Below are positions 7,667-17,543 of a DNA stretch of 29,430 nt, piece by piece; the first letter of the stretch is position 1; every line of letters starts with the position of its first letter. The DNA is from a virus (lineage: Duplodnaviria; Heunggongvirae; Uroviricota; Caudoviricetes), in IMG/VR virus record IMGVR_UViG_2778261668_000002. One strand, written 5' to 3'. The notes under the pieces are model-generated. The model had not been told where the DNA came from, searched no databases, and worked only from the letters and a program-made list of their open reading frames with translations. Position numbers and translations under genes: made by a program.

Positions 7667-8701
7667 TCAGCCGTTGTCAGTGTCCAGTGAGTAGTTTTTA
7701 AAGCGGATGACCTCCTGACCGAGCCAGCCGTTTATCTCGCGGATCCTGTCCTGTAGCGGGATAAGCTCATTGCGGACAAAGACCTTTGCCACTTTCTCAA
7801 TATCACCCAACGACCCGACGTTCTCCGGCTTGCCGCCCATCAACTGAAAGGGGATGCGGTGCGCGTCCAGCAGGTCAGCGGCGCTGGCTTTTTTGATATT
7901 AAAAAAATCGTCCTTCGTTGCCACTTCACTGAGCGGGATAATTTTAATGCCGTCGGCTTTCCCCTGCGGGGCATAGAGAAACAGATTTTTAAAGTTGTTG
8001 CGGCCTTTCGACTTCACCATGTTTTCGCGAAGCATTTCGATATCGTTGCGATCCTGCACGGCATCAGTGACGTACATGATGTATCCGGCATGTGCGCCGT
8101 TTTCGTAATACTTGCGGCGAAACAGCGTGGCCGACTCATTCAGCCAGGCAGAATTAAGGGCGCTGAGATATTCCGGCAGGCCGTACAGCTCCTGATTAAT
8201 ATCCGGCTCCAGCAGGTGAAACACGGAGCCGGGCGTGAAGGCTGTCGGCTCGTTGAAGGACGGCACCCACCAGTAAACATCCTCTTCCACACCACGGCGG
8301 GTATATTTTGCCGGTGAGGTTTCCAGTCTGATGACCTTACCGGTGGTGCTGTATCGCTTTTCCAGAAACGCATTACCGAACACCAGAAAATCCAGCACAA
8401 AGCGGCTGAAATCCTGTTGCGAAAGCCACGGGTGCGGGATAAACGTTGAAGCCAGAATATTGCGTTTGACGTAAATCGGTGAGCTGTGATGCACGGCAGC
8501 ACGCAGGCTTTTTGCCAGACCGGTAAAGCTGACCGGTGGCTCATACCATCTGCCGTTACTGATACACTCGACGTAATCCAGAATGTCACGGCGGTCGAGT
8601 ACCGGCACCGGCTCACCAAAGGTGAATGCCTCCATTTTCGGGGCGCTGGCGGTCATTGTTTTTGCCGCAGGTTGCGGTGTTTTCCCTTTTTTCTTGCTCA
8701 T
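7667..8701 (-). CDS. Q: Portal protein (P2 gpQ family)
   Basis: 344-aa minus-strand ORF adjacent to cos; its start overlaps the P stop (TGATG); length matches P2 Q. Confidence 0.9.
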   Translation of the reverse strand: MSKKKGKTPQPAAKTMTASAPKMEAFTFGEPVPVLDRRDILDYVECISNGRWYEPPVSFTGLAKSLRAAVHHSSPIYVKRNILASTFIPHPWLSQQDFSRFVLDFLVFGNAFLEKRYSTTGKVIRLETSPAKYTRRGVEEDVYWWVPSFNEPTAFTPGSVFHLLEPDINQELYGLPEYLSALNSAWLNESATLFRRKYYENGAHAGYIMYVTDAVQDRNDIEMLRENMVKSKGRNNFKNLFLYAPQGKADGIKIIPLSEVATKDDFFNIKKASAADLLDAHRIPFQLMGGKPENVGSLGDIEKVAKVFVRNELIPLQDRIREINGWLGQEVIRFKNYSLDTDNG

Positions 8702-10473
8702 CAGTAAAACTCCAGAATGGTGGATGTCAGCGGGGTGCTGATACCGGCGGTGAGTGGCTCATTTAACAGGGCGTGCATGGTCGCCCAGGCGAGGTCGGCG
8801 TGGCTGGCTTCCTCGCTGCGGCTGGCCTCATAGGTGGCGCTGCGTCCGCTGCTGGTCATGGTCTTGCGGATAGCCATAAACGAGCTGGTGATGTCGGTGG
8901 CGCTGACGTCGTATTCCAGACAGCCACGGCGGATAACGTCTTTTGCCTTGAGCACCATTGCGGTTTTCATTTCCGGCGTGTAGCGGATATCACGCGCGGC
9001 GGGATAGAACGAGCGCACGAGCTGGAACACGCCGACACCGAGGCCGGTGGCATCAATTCCGATGTATTCGACGTTGTATTTTCCGGTGAGTTTGCGGATG
9101 GATTCAGCCTGGGTGGCAAAGTCCATGCCTTTCCACTGGTGACGCTCAAGTATTCTGAATTTGCCACCGGCCACCACCGGCGGTGCCAGTACCACGCATC
9201 CGGCGCTGTCGCCACGGTGTGACGGGTCGTAACCAATCCATACCGGGCGGGAGCCGAACGGATTTGCGGCAAACGGCGCATAGTCTTCCCATTCTTCCAG
9301 CGTGTCGACCATGCAGCGTTGCAGCTCCTCGAACGGGAACACCGACGCCTTGTCGTCAACAAATTCACACATGAACAGGTTTTTAAAATCGTCGGCGCTG
9401 TTTTCACGTTTGAGCTGCTCAATGTCGAACAGCGTGCAGCCGCCTTTCAGGGCGTCCTCAATGGTGACAATCTGCCGCCACTGGCCGTCCGCACAGAGAA
9501 GCCCACCGGCAAGGGCGTTATGACTGACGTCGATTTCCACGCGTTCGGCGGCGCTGGCGCGTCCCCGGTTAAACAGTTCACCCGACCAGAACGGGTAGGC
9601 GTCGTGCGCCAGCGTGGACGGGGTGGAGAAATAGGTCGAGCGCAGGTGACTCTGTGAGGCCATACCTGATGCCACCTTACGCAGTACCTGAAAATTCGGG
9701 ATCCAGAAAATCTCGTCGACGTACAGGTCGCCGTTATGGCTCTGCGCGGTGTTGGAGTTGGTGCCGAGAAAAATCAGTTTTGCGCCGTTATTGCCCAGGA
9801 CAATCGGGTCACCGGTCAGGTCAACGTCAACCAGACGGGCAAAGGCGATGATGTATTCGCGGAACACATACGCCTGCGTTTTACTGGCCGACAGAAAAAT
9901 CTGGTTATGGCCGGTTTTCAGGGCGCGCAGCAGCGCCTCGCGGGAAAAATAAAACGTCGCGCCAATCTGGCGGGATTTCAGGATATCGCGGATGCGGTGC
10001 TCAAGCCCGGCGCGATACCAGTGCAACTGATAGTCGAAAGACTGCTCAAAGAAAATCTGCTCCAGCTTTTCGATGGCCTCGTCACTGAAAAAATTCTTTT
10101 TCGGTTTGCGTCGCCCGCCTTTGTTGCGGTTAGCGACGTTCGGATTAAGGTCTGCCTCGTTGCCGGTCTGGTTGTAGCGGTTTACCCGTGCCAGTCGTTC
10201 AATCTGGCGTCCGAGCAGGTCAATTTCCTTGAAGTCACCGCCGGTTTTCTGCGGTTTGATAATGAGCTGGGTCAGCCGCGCTTCCAGACTCATTTCGACA
10301 CGGCTGATGGGGGCAACGCTGTCCCAGCCGTCGCGCTGTTTCCAGCTCTGCACCGTCGGGCGTTTCATCTGCAACATGGCGGCAATCTGCGGCACGGAAA
10401 ACCCCTGCCAGTACAGCAGCGCCGCCTGACGACGCGGGTCGTGTAAAAGAGTGGTGTCTGTGGTGATGGTCAT
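8701..10473 (-). CDS. P: Terminase large subunit (P2 gpP family)
   Basis: 590-aa product from the ATG at 10471-10473 (MTITTDTT..., GAGGT ribosome-binding site); the track extends it to a TTG at 10503. Size and position match P2 P. Confidence 0.9.
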   Translation of the reverse strand: MTITTDTTLLHDPRRQAALLYWQGFSVPQIAAMLQMKRPTVQSWKQRDGWDSVAPISRVEMSLEARLTQLIIKPQKTGGDFKEIDLLGRQIERLARVNRYNQTGNEADLNPNVANRNKGGRRKPKKNFFSDEAIEKLEQIFFEQSFDYQLHWYRAGLEHRIRDILKSRQIGATFYFSREALLRALKTGHNQIFLSASKTQAYVFREYIIAFARLVDVDLTGDPIVLGNNGAKLIFLGTNSNTAQSHNGDLYVDEIFWIPNFQVLRKVASGMASQSHLRSTYFSTPSTLAHDAYPFWSGELFNRGRASAAERVEIDVSHNALAGGLLCADGQWRQIVTIEDALKGGCTLFDIEQLKRENSADDFKNLFMCEFVDDKASVFPFEELQRCMVDTLEEWEDYAPFAANPFGSRPVWIGYDPSHRGDSAGCVVLAPPVVAGGKFRILERHQWKGMDFATQAESIRKLTGKYNVEYIGIDATGLGVGVFQLVRSFYPAARDIRYTPEMKTAMVLKAKDVIRRGCLEYDVSATDITSSFMAIRKTMTSSGRSATYEASRSEEASHADLAWATMHALLNEPLTAGISTPLTSTILEFY

Positions 10474-10646
10474 GAATACCTCGCCGTGATGAATACACGG
10501 CAAGGCTACTGAGTCGCGCCCCGCGATTCGCTAAGGTGCTGTTGTGTCAGTGATAAGCCATCCGGGACTGATGGCGGAGGATGCGCATCGTCGGGAAACT
10601 GATGCCGACATGTGACTCCTCTAATCACTATTCAGGACTCCTGACA

Positions 10647-11501
10647 ATGGCAAAAAAAGTCTCAAAATTCTTTCGTATCGGCGTTGAGGGTGACACCTGT
10701 GACGGGCGTGTCATCAGTGCGCAGGATATTCAGGAAATGGCCGAAACCTTTGACCCGCGTGTCTATGGTTGCCGTATTAACCTGGAACATCTGCGCGGCA
10801 TCCTGCCTGACGGTATTTTTAAACGTTATGGTGATGTGGCCGAACTGAAGGCCGAAAAGATTGACGATGATTCGGCGCTGAAAGGCAAATGGGCGCTGTT
10901 TGCGAAAATCACCCCAACCGATGACCTTATCGCGATGAACAAGGCCGCGCAGAAGGTCTATACCTCAATGGAAATTCAGCCGAACTTTGCCAACACCGGC
11001 AAATGTTATCTGGTGGGGCTGGCCGTCACCGATGACCCGGCAAGCCTCGGCACGGAATATCTGGAATTCTGCCGCACGGCAAAACACAACCCTCTGAACC
11101 GCTTCAAATTAAGCCCTGAAAACCTGATTTCAGTGGCAACGCCTGTTGAGCTGGAATTTGAAGACCTGCCTGAAACCGTGTTCACCGCCCTGACCGAAAA
11201 GGTGAAATCCATTTTTGGCCGCAAACAGGCAAGCGATGACGCCCGCCTGAATGACGTGCATGAAGCGGTGACCGCTGTTGCTGAACATGTGCAGGAAAAA
11301 CTGAGCGCCACTGAGCAGCGCTTCGCTGAGATGGAAACCGCCTTTTCCGCACTTAAGCAGGAGGTGACTGACAGGGCGGATGAAACCAGCCAGGCATTCA
11401 CCCGCCTGAAAAACAGTCTCGACAGCACCGAAAGTCTGACCCAGCAGCGCCGCAGCAAAGCCACCGGCGGTGGCGGTGACGCCCTGATGACGAACTGCTG
11501 A
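10647..11501 (+). CDS. O: Capsid scaffolding protein (P2 gpO family)
   Basis: 284 aa from the ATG at 10647 (MAKKVSKFFRIGVEGD...); divergent from P; length matches P2 O. Confidence 0.9.
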   Translation: MAKKVSKFFRIGVEGDTCDGRVISAQDIQEMAETFDPRVYGCRINLEHLRGILPDGIFKRYGDVAELKAEKIDDDSALKGKWALFAKITPTDDLIAMNKAAQKVYTSMEIQPNFANTGKCYLVGLAVTDDPASLGTEYLEFCRTAKHNPLNRFKLSPENLISVATPVELEFEDLPETVFTALTEKVKSIFGRKQASDDARLNDVHEAVTAVAEHVQEKLSATEQRFAEMETAFSALKQEVTDRADETSQAFTRLKNSLDSTESLTQQRRSKATGGGGDALMTNC

Positions 11502-11559
11502 CCGTCGTCAGTCAGTCCGGGAAAACCTTCACGATTAACCCTTAATTTCAGGAAAAACT

Positions 11560-12633
11560 ATGCGCCAGGAAACCCGCTTTAAATTTAATGCCTACCTGTC
11601 CCGTGTTGCCGAACTGAACGGCATCGACGCCGGTGATGTGTCGAAAAAATTCACCGTTGAACCGTCGGTCACCCAGACCCTGATGAACACCATGCAGGAG
11701 TCCTCTGACTTTCTGACCCGCATCAACATTGTGCCGGTCAGCGAAATGAAAGGGGAAAAAATTGGTATTGGTGTCACCGGCTCCATCGCCAGCACCACCG
11801 ACACCGCCGGTGGCACCGAGCGTCAGCCGAAGGATTTTTCGAAGCTGGCGTCAAACAAGTACGAATGCGACCAGATTAACTTCGATTTTTATATCCGCTA
11901 CAAAACGCTGGACCTGTGGGCGCGTTATCAGGATTTCCAGCTCCGTGTCCGTAACGCCATTATCAAACGCCAGTCCCTTGATTTCATCATGGCCGGTTTT
12001 AACGGCGTGAGGCGTGCCGAAACCTCTGACCGCAGCAGCAATCCGATGTTGCAGGATGTGGCGGTCGGCTGGCTGCAGAAATACCGCAATGAAGCCCCGG
12101 CGCGCGTGATGAGCAAGGTCACTGACGAGGAAGGCCGCACCACCTCTGAGGTTATCCGCGTGGGTAAGGGCGGTGATTATGCCAGCCTTGATGCACTGGT
12201 GATGGATGCGACCAACAACCTGATTGAACCGTGGTATCAGGAAGACCCTGACCTTGTGGTGATTGTGGGACGTCAGCTACTGGCGGACAAGTATTTCCCC
12301 ATCGTTAACAAGGAGCAGGACAACAGCGAAATGCTGGCCGCTGACGTCATCATCAGTCAGAAACGCATCGGTAACCTGCCGGCGGTACGCGTCCCGTACT
12401 TCCCGGCGGATGCGATGCTCATCACGAAGCTGGAAAACCTGTCCATCTACTACATGGATGACAGCCATCGCCGCGTGATTGAGGAAAACCCGAAACTCGA
12501 CCGCGTGGAGAACTACGAGTCAATGAACATTGATTACGTGGTGGAAGACTACGCCGCCGGTTGTCTGGTGGAAAAAATTAAGGTCGGTGATTTTTCCACA
12601 CCGGCCAAAGTGACCGCAGAGCCGGGAGCGTAA
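11560..12633 (+). CDS. N: Major capsid protein (P2 gpN family)
   Basis: 357-aa ORF following the scaffold gene; length matches P2 N. Confidence 0.9.
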   Translation: MRQETRFKFNAYLSRVAELNGIDAGDVSKKFTVEPSVTQTLMNTMQESSDFLTRINIVPVSEMKGEKIGIGVTGSIASTTDTAGGTERQPKDFSKLASNKYECDQINFDFYIRYKTLDLWARYQDFQLRVRNAIIKRQSLDFIMAGFNGVRRAETSDRSSNPMLQDVAVGWLQKYRNEAPARVMSKVTDEEGRTTSEVIRVGKGGDYASLDALVMDATNNLIEPWYQEDPDLVVIVGRQLLADKYFPIVNKEQDNSEMLAADVIISQKRIGNLPAVRVPYFPADAMLITKLENLSIYYMDDSHRRVIEENPKLDRVENYESMNIDYVVEDYAAGCLVEKIKVGDFSTPAKVTAEPGA

Positions 12634-12636
12634 CCG

Positions 12637-13374
12637 ATGACGAGTCCCGCACAGCGCCACATGATGCGGGTCTCGGCAGCGATGACCGCGCAGCGGGAAG
12701 CCGCCCCGCTGCGACATGCAACTGTCTATGAGCAGATGCTGGTCAAGCTGGCCGCAGACCAGCGCACACTGAAAGCGATTTATTCAAAAGAGCTTAAGGC
12801 CGCGAAAAAACGCGAACTGCTGCCGTTCTGGTTGCCGTGGGTGAACGGCGTGCTGGAGCAGGGCAAAGGTGCACAGGATGACATTCTGATGACGGTCATG
12901 CTGTGGCGTCTGGATACCGGCGATATTGCCGGTGCGCTGGAGATTGCCCGTTATGCCCTGAAGTACGGTCTGACCATGCCGGGTAAACACCGCCGCACCC
13001 CGCCGTACATGTTCACCGAGGAGGTGGCGCTCGCGGCCATGCGTGCTCACGCTGCCGGTGAGTCTGTGGATACCCGCCTGCTGACGGAGACCCTTGAACT
13101 GACCGCCATGGCTGACATGCCTGATGAAGTGCGCGCAAAGCTGCACAAAATCACCGGTCTGTTTCTGCGTGACGCTGGTGATGCCGCCGGTGCGCTGGCG
13201 CACCTGCAACGTGCGACACAGCTCGACTGTCAGGCAGGCGTCAAAAAAGAGATTGAACGACTGGAGCGGGAGCTGAAACCGAAGCCGGAGCCAAAAGCGG
13301 TCACCCGCGCCCCGCGTAAGACCCGGAGCGTGACACCGGCAAAACGTGGACGCCCGAAAAAGAAAACCAGTTAA
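12637..13374 (+). CDS. M: Terminase small subunit (P2 gpM family)
   Basis: 245-aa ORF with a basic C-terminal tail (PAKRGRPKKKTS); synteny. Confidence 0.85.
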   Translation: MTSPAQRHMMRVSAAMTAQREAAPLRHATVYEQMLVKLAADQRTLKAIYSKELKAAKKRELLPFWLPWVNGVLEQGKGAQDDILMTVMLWRLDTGDIAGALEIARYALKYGLTMPGKHRRTPPYMFTEEVALAAMRAHAAGESVDTRLLTETLELTAMADMPDEVRAKLHKITGLFLRDAGDAAGALAHLQRATQLDCQAGVKKEIERLERELKPKPEPKAVTRAPRKTRSVTPAKRGRPKKKTS

Positions 13375-13473
13375 CAACCGAATGCGCCCCGCGCCAGGGC
13401 GGCACGCCGGTCAGTGAGGGTGAATCACCTGACACTGCACCGGCGTCCACCGCCCGACTTTTCAGAGGTGGTC

Positions 13474-13983
13474 ATGATGACGCTGATTATTCCGCGAAAG
13501 GAGGCTCCCGTGTCCGGTGAGGGTACGGTGGTCATCCCGCAACCGGCAGGCGACGAGCCGGTGATTAAAAACACGTTCTTTTTTCCCGATATCGACCCGA
13601 AGCGCGTCCGGGAACGTATGCGCCTTGAGCAGACCGTCGCCCCCGCCCGTCTGCGTGAGGCCATCAAGTCAGGCATGGCTGAAACAAATGCGGAGCTGTA
13701 CGAGTACCGCGAACAGAAAATTGCCGCCGGTTTTACGCGTCTGGCGGACGTTCCGGCGGACGACATCGACGGTGAAAGTATCAAAGTTTTTTACTACGAG
13801 CGCGCCGTGTGTGCGATGGCGACCGCGTCGCTTTATGAGCGTTATCGCGGCGTGGATGCCAGTGCGAAAGGCGACAAGAAGGCTGACAGCATTGACAGCA
13901 CCATTGATGAACTGTGGCGGGATATGCGCTGGGCGGTGGCGCGTATCCAGGACAAGCCGCGCTGCATCGTGAGTCAAATCTGA
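13474..13983 (+). CDS. L: Head completion protein (P2 gpL family)
   Basis: 169 aa from the ATG at 13474 (MMTLIIPRKEAPVSGEG...); the track starts it at a GTG at 13414. Confidence 0.85.
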   Translation: MMTLIIPRKEAPVSGEGTVVIPQPAGDEPVIKNTFFFPDIDPKRVRERMRLEQTVAPARLREAIKSGMAETNAELYEYREQKIAAGFTRLADVPADDIDGESIKVFYYERAVCAMATASLYERYRGVDASAKGDKKADSIDSTIDELWRDMRWAVARIQDKPRCIVSQI

Positions 13984-14186
13984 TGAAGACCTTTGCGCTA
14001 CAGGGCGACACGCTCGACGCCATCTGTGTCCGGTATTACGGGCGCACTGAGGGCGTGGTTGAGACCGTGCTCGCCGCAAATCCGGGACTGGCTGAACTGG
14101 GTGCGGTGCTGCCGCACGGCACCGCCGTCGAACTGCCCGACGTTCAGACCGCGCCCGTGGCTGAAACTGTCAATCTGTGGGAGTAA
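13983..14186 (+). CDS. X: Tail protein X (LysM-like)
   Basis: 67-aa ORF, ATGA overlap with the L stop; MKTFALQGDTLDAICVRYYG... has a LysM-like fold signature. Confidence 0.8.
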   Translation: MKTFALQGDTLDAICVRYYGRTEGVVETVLAANPGLAELGAVLPHGTAVELPDVQTAPVAETVNLWE

Positions 14187-14189
14187 CGC

Positions 14190-14471
14190 ATGACAGCAGA
14201 AGAAAAAAGCGTCCTGTCGCTTTTCATGATTGGGGTGCTGATTGTTGTCGGCAAGGTGCTTGCCGGTGGTGAACCCATCACCCCGCGTCTGTTTATCGGG
14301 CGCATGTTGCTCGGTGGTTTTGTCTCGATGGTTGCCGGTGTTGTTCTGGTGCAGTTTCCTGACCTGTCACTGCCTGCGGTGTGCGGCATCGGCTCCATGC
14401 TGGGTATCGCCGGTTATCAGGTGATTGAGATTGCCATTCAGCGCCGTTTTAAGGGCAGGGGGAAACCGTAA
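14190..14471 (+). CDS. Y: Holin (P2 gpY family)
   Basis: 93-aa ORF with hydrophobic transmembrane segments, first gene of the lysis cassette. Confidence 0.8.
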   Translation: MTAEEKSVLSLFMIGVLIVVGKVLAGGEPITPRLFIGRMLLGGFVSMVAGVVLVQFPDLSLPAVCGIGSMLGIAGYQVIEIAIQRRFKGRGKP

Positions 14472-14968
14472 TGCCGGTAATTAACACGCATCAGAATATC
14501 GCGGCCTTTCTCGACATGCTGGCCGTGTCCGAAGGGACGGCGAATCATCCGCTGACGAAAAACCGGGGCTATGACGTGATAGTCACCGGACTGGACGGGA
14601 AGCCGGAAATTTTCACCGACTACAGTGACCACCCGTTCGCGCATGGCCGACCGGCGAAGGTGTTTAACCGTCGCGGTGAAAAATCCACGGCCTCCGGTCG
14701 CTATCAGCAGCTTTACCTGTTCTGGCCGCACTACCGCAAACAGCTTGCCCTGCCGGATTTCAGTCCGTTGTCACAGGACAGACTCGCCATTCAGTTGATC
14801 CGCGAACGCGATGCGCTGGATGACATCCGGGCGGGACGTATTGAGCGCGCCATTTCACGCTGTCGCAATATCTGGGCGTCCCTGCCGGGAGCCGGTTACG
14901 GTCAGCGTGAGCATTCACTGGAAAAACTGGTCACCGTCTGGCGTACCGCTGGCGGCGTACCGGCTTAA
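14471..14968 (+). CDS. K: Endolysin (P2 gpK family lysozyme)
   Basis: 165-aa ORF immediately after the holin; length and position match P2 K. Confidence 0.85.
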   Translation: MPVINTHQNIAAFLDMLAVSEGTANHPLTKNRGYDVIVTGLDGKPEIFTDYSDHPFAHGRPAKVFNRRGEKSTASGRYQQLYLFWPHYRKQLALPDFSPLSQDRLAIQLIRERDALDDIRAGRIERAISRCRNIWASLPGAGYGQREHSLEKLVTVWRTAGGVPA

Positions 14969-14982
14969 ACGGAGTAAACACC

Positions 14983-15408
14983 ATGAAGAAATTATCCCTT
15001 TCACTGATGCTGAACGTGTCGCTGGCGCTGATGCTGGCACTGTCCCTGATTTACCCGCAGAGCGTGGCCGTCAATTTTGTCGCCGCCTGGGCGATTCTGG
15101 CGACGGTTATCTGTGTGGTTGCCGGTGGTGTCGGCGTGTATGCCACTGAGTATGTGCTGGAACGCTACGGGCGGGAGCTGCCGCCGGAATCGCTGGCCGT
15201 GAAGATTGTCACGTCGCTGTTTTTGCAGCCGGTGCCGTGGTGCAGACGGGCAGTGGCTCTGGTGGTGATGGTGGCGACATTTATCTCGCTGGTCGCTGCC
15301 GGGTGGATTTTTACCGCGCTGATTTATCTTGTGGCGTCGCTGTTTTTCCGGCTGATACGTAAAGCCTGTCGTCAGCGTCTTGAGGGGCGGGAATTATGTC
15401 AAAGCTGA
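14983..15408 (+). CDS. lysA: Lysis regulatory membrane protein LysA
   Basis: 141-aa strongly hydrophobic ORF with a GGAG ribosome-binding site. Confidence 0.75.
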   Translation: MKKLSLSLMLNVSLALMLALSLIYPQSVAVNFVAAWAILATVICVVAGGVGVYATEYVLERYGRELPPESLAVKIVTSLFLQPVPWCRRAVALVVMVATFISLVAAGWIFTALIYLVASLFFRLIRKACRQRLEGRELCQS

Positions 15409-15821
15409 TGATTGTGCTGGTCGTGTTGTTATCGCTGGCGGTAGCGGGGCTGTTTCTGGTGAAACACAAAAATGCCAGCCTGCGCGCCTCGCTGGACAGG
15501 GCGAACAACGTCGCCAGTGAACAGCAGACGACCATCACCACGCTGAAAAACCAGCTTCATGTTGCACTCACCAGGGCAGACAAAAACGAGCTGGCGCAGG
15601 TGGCACTGCGTCAGGCGCTGGAAAACGCCGCGAAGCGTGAAGCACAGCGCGAGAAAACCATCATGAGGTTACTTAATGAAAACGAAGATTTTCGCCGCTG
15701 GTACGGTGCTGACCTGCCTGATGCTGTGCGCCGGTTGCACCAGCGCCCGGCCTGCACTGACGCCAGTGATTGTCCACAACGCCTGCCCGAAAGTGAGTCT
15801 TTGCCCGATGCCGGGCAGTGA
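15396..15821 (+). CDS. lysB: Rz-like inner-membrane spanin LysB
   Basis: 141 aa with an N-terminal transmembrane helix (LMIVLVVLLSLAVAGLFLV) followed by a coiled-coil-like region. Confidence 0.75.
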   Translation: MSKLMIVLVVLLSLAVAGLFLVKHKNASLRASLDRANNVASEQQTTITTLKNQLHVALTRADKNELAQVALRQALENAAKREAQREKTIMRLLNENEDFRRWYGADLPDAVRRLHQRPACTDASDCPQRLPESESLPDAGQ

Positions 15822-15966
15822 CCCGGAGACGAACGGCGATTTAAGTGCCGATATCCGGCAGCTTGAGAACGCGCTGGCACGCTGTGCCAGCCAGGTAAAA
15901 ATGATTAAACACTGTCAGGACGAAAACGATGCTCAAACCCGACAGCCTGCGCAGGGCGCTGACTGA
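15676..15966 (+). CDS. lysC: Rz1-like outer-membrane lipoprotein spanin LysC, starting inside lysB in another frame
   Basis: 96 aa; lipoprotein signal MKTKIFAAGTVLTCLMLCAGC with lipobox LCAGC; ribosome-binding site TGAGG. Confidence 0.7.
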   Translation: MKTKIFAAGTVLTCLMLCAGCTSARPALTPVIVHNACPKVSLCPMPGSDPETNGDLSADIRQLENALARCASQVKMIKHCQDENDAQTRQPAQGAD

Positions 15967-16396
15967 TGCCGTCACGGTGCTGAAAACCAGTCCCGAGATG
16001 CTGCGGATATTCGTTGATAACGGGAGTATTGCCTCCACGCTGGCGACGTCGTTGTCATTCGAAAAGCGTTACACGCTCAATGTGATTGTGACCGACTTTA
16101 CCGGTGATTTTGACCTGCTCATCGTGCCGGTGCTGGCGTGGCTGCGGGAAAATCAGCCCGACATCATGACCACCGACGCAGGCCAGAAAAAGGGCTTCAC
16201 GTTTTATGCAGACATCAACAATGACAGCAGCTTTGATATCAGCATCAGCCTGATGCTGACCGAGCGCACGCTGGTCAGTGAGGTGGACGGCGCACTGCAT
16301 GTGAAGAATATCCCGGAACCCACGCCGCCGGAGCCGGTCACCCGCCCGGTGGAGCTTTATATCAATGGCGAACTGGTGAGCAAGTGGGATGAATGA
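15929..16396 (+). CDS. R: Tail completion protein R
   Basis: 155-aa ORF; synteny and length match P2 R. Confidence 0.85.
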   Translation: MLKPDSLRRALTDAVTVLKTSPEMLRIFVDNGSIASTLATSLSFEKRYTLNVIVTDFTGDFDLLIVPVLAWLRENQPDIMTTDAGQKKGFTFYADINNDSSFDISISLMLTERTLVSEVDGALHVKNIPEPTPPEPVTRPVELYINGELVSKWDE

Positions 16397-16841
16397 GTTT
16401 AAGCGTTTTGAAGACCGGCTGACCGGACTGATTGAATCGCTGTCACCGTCAGGGCGTCGGCGACTGAGCGCCGAACTGGCGAAACGTCTGCGGCAGAGTC
16501 AGCAGCGTCGGGTGATGGCTCAGAAAGCCCCGGACGGCACACCCTACGCGCCACGCCAGCAGCAGAGCGCCAGAAAAAAGACCGGTCGTGTTAAGCGAAA
16601 AATGTTTGCGAAACTTATCACCAGTCGTTTTTTGCATATCCGCGCCAGCCCGGAACAGGCATCAATGGAGTTTTACGGCGGGAAGTCACCGAAAATCGCC
16701 AGCGTGCATCAGTTCGGTCTGTCGGAAGAAAACCGGAAAGACGGTAAGAAAATTGATTATCCGGCGCGTCCTCTGCTCGGCTTTACCAGTGAGGATGTGC
16801 AGATGATTGAAGAGATTATCCTGGCTCACCTCGACCGTTAG
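16389..16841 (+). CDS. S: Tail completion protein S
   Basis: 150-aa ORF overlapping the R stop; synteny and length match P2 S. Confidence 0.85.
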   Translation: MNEFKRFEDRLTGLIESLSPSGRRRLSAELAKRLRQSQQRRVMAQKAPDGTPYAPRQQQSARKKTGRVKRKMFAKLITSRFLHIRASPEQASMEFYGGKSPKIASVHQFGLSEENRKDGKKIDYPARPLLGFTSEDVQMIEEIILAHLDR

Positions 16842-16907
16842 TTGTGCCATTCCTGACACCTCATCGTCACATTGCCGCCGGTATGACCCGGCGGCATCCT
16901 TCCCGTT

Positions 16908-17543
16908 ATGAACACTCTCGCAAATATTCAGGAACTCGCGCGCGCACTGCGCAACATGATTCGCACCGGCATTATCGTCGAAACCGACCTTAACGCCGGT
17001 CGCTGCCGCGTGCAGACCGGCGGCATGTGCACCGACTGGCTTCAGTGGCTGACCCATCGCGCAGGACGTTCGCGCACATGGTGGGCACCTTCCGTGGGGG
17101 AACAGGTGCTGATTCTGGCCGTGGGTGGTGAACTCGACACGGCGTTCGTTCTGCCGGGGATTTATTCCGGCGATAACCCCTCGCCGTCTGTGTCGGCGGA
17201 TGCCCTGCATATCCGTTTCCCTGACGGGGCGGTGATTGAATATGAACCCGAAACCAGTGCACTCACGGTAAGCGGAATTAAAACGGCCAGCGTGACGGCT
17301 TCTGATTCTGTTACTGCCACGGTGCCGGTGGTCATGGTGAAAGCATCAACCCGCGTCACCCTGGACACCCCGGAGGTGGTCTGCACCAACAGGCTGATTA
17401 CCGGCACGCTGGAAGTGCAGAAGGGCGGGACGATGCGCGGCAACATTGAACACACCGGCGGTGAACTCTCATCAAACGGTAAGGTACTGCATACCCATAA
17501 ACACCCCGGCGACAGCGGCGGCACAACCGGGAGTCCTTTATGA
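16908..17543 (+). CDS. V: Baseplate central spike protein (P2 gpV family)
   Basis: 211-aa ORF; synteny and length match P2 V. Confidence 0.85.
   Translation: MNTLANIQELARALRNMIRTGIIVETDLNAGRCRVQTGGMCTDWLQWLTHRAGRSRTWWAPSVGEQVLILAVGGELDTAFVLPGIYSGDNPSPSVSADALHIRFPDGAVIEYEPETSALTVSGIKTASVTASDSVTATVPVVMVKASTRVTLDTPEVVCTNRLITGTLEVQKGGTMRGNIEHTGGELSSNGKVLHTHKHPGDSGGTTGSPL

Noticed and set aside
7859-10498. Multiple 60-240-aa ORFs antisense to or overlapping the portal and terminase genes (for example 7859-8317, 8140-8619, 8773-9222, 9736-10446)
   Set aside because: They lie entirely within the well-supported Q and P coding regions in G/C-rich sequence, have no ribosome-binding sites and produce low-complexity Arg/Ala-rich translations; these are typical spurious antisense frames.
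10474-10646. Ogr-dependent late promoter elements (TGT-N12-ACA dyad) in the P/O, S/V and upstream-of-FI regions
   Set aside because: I searched by eye and found only imperfect matches (for example TGT-N10-ACA near 16843), so I do not annotate specific late promoters.
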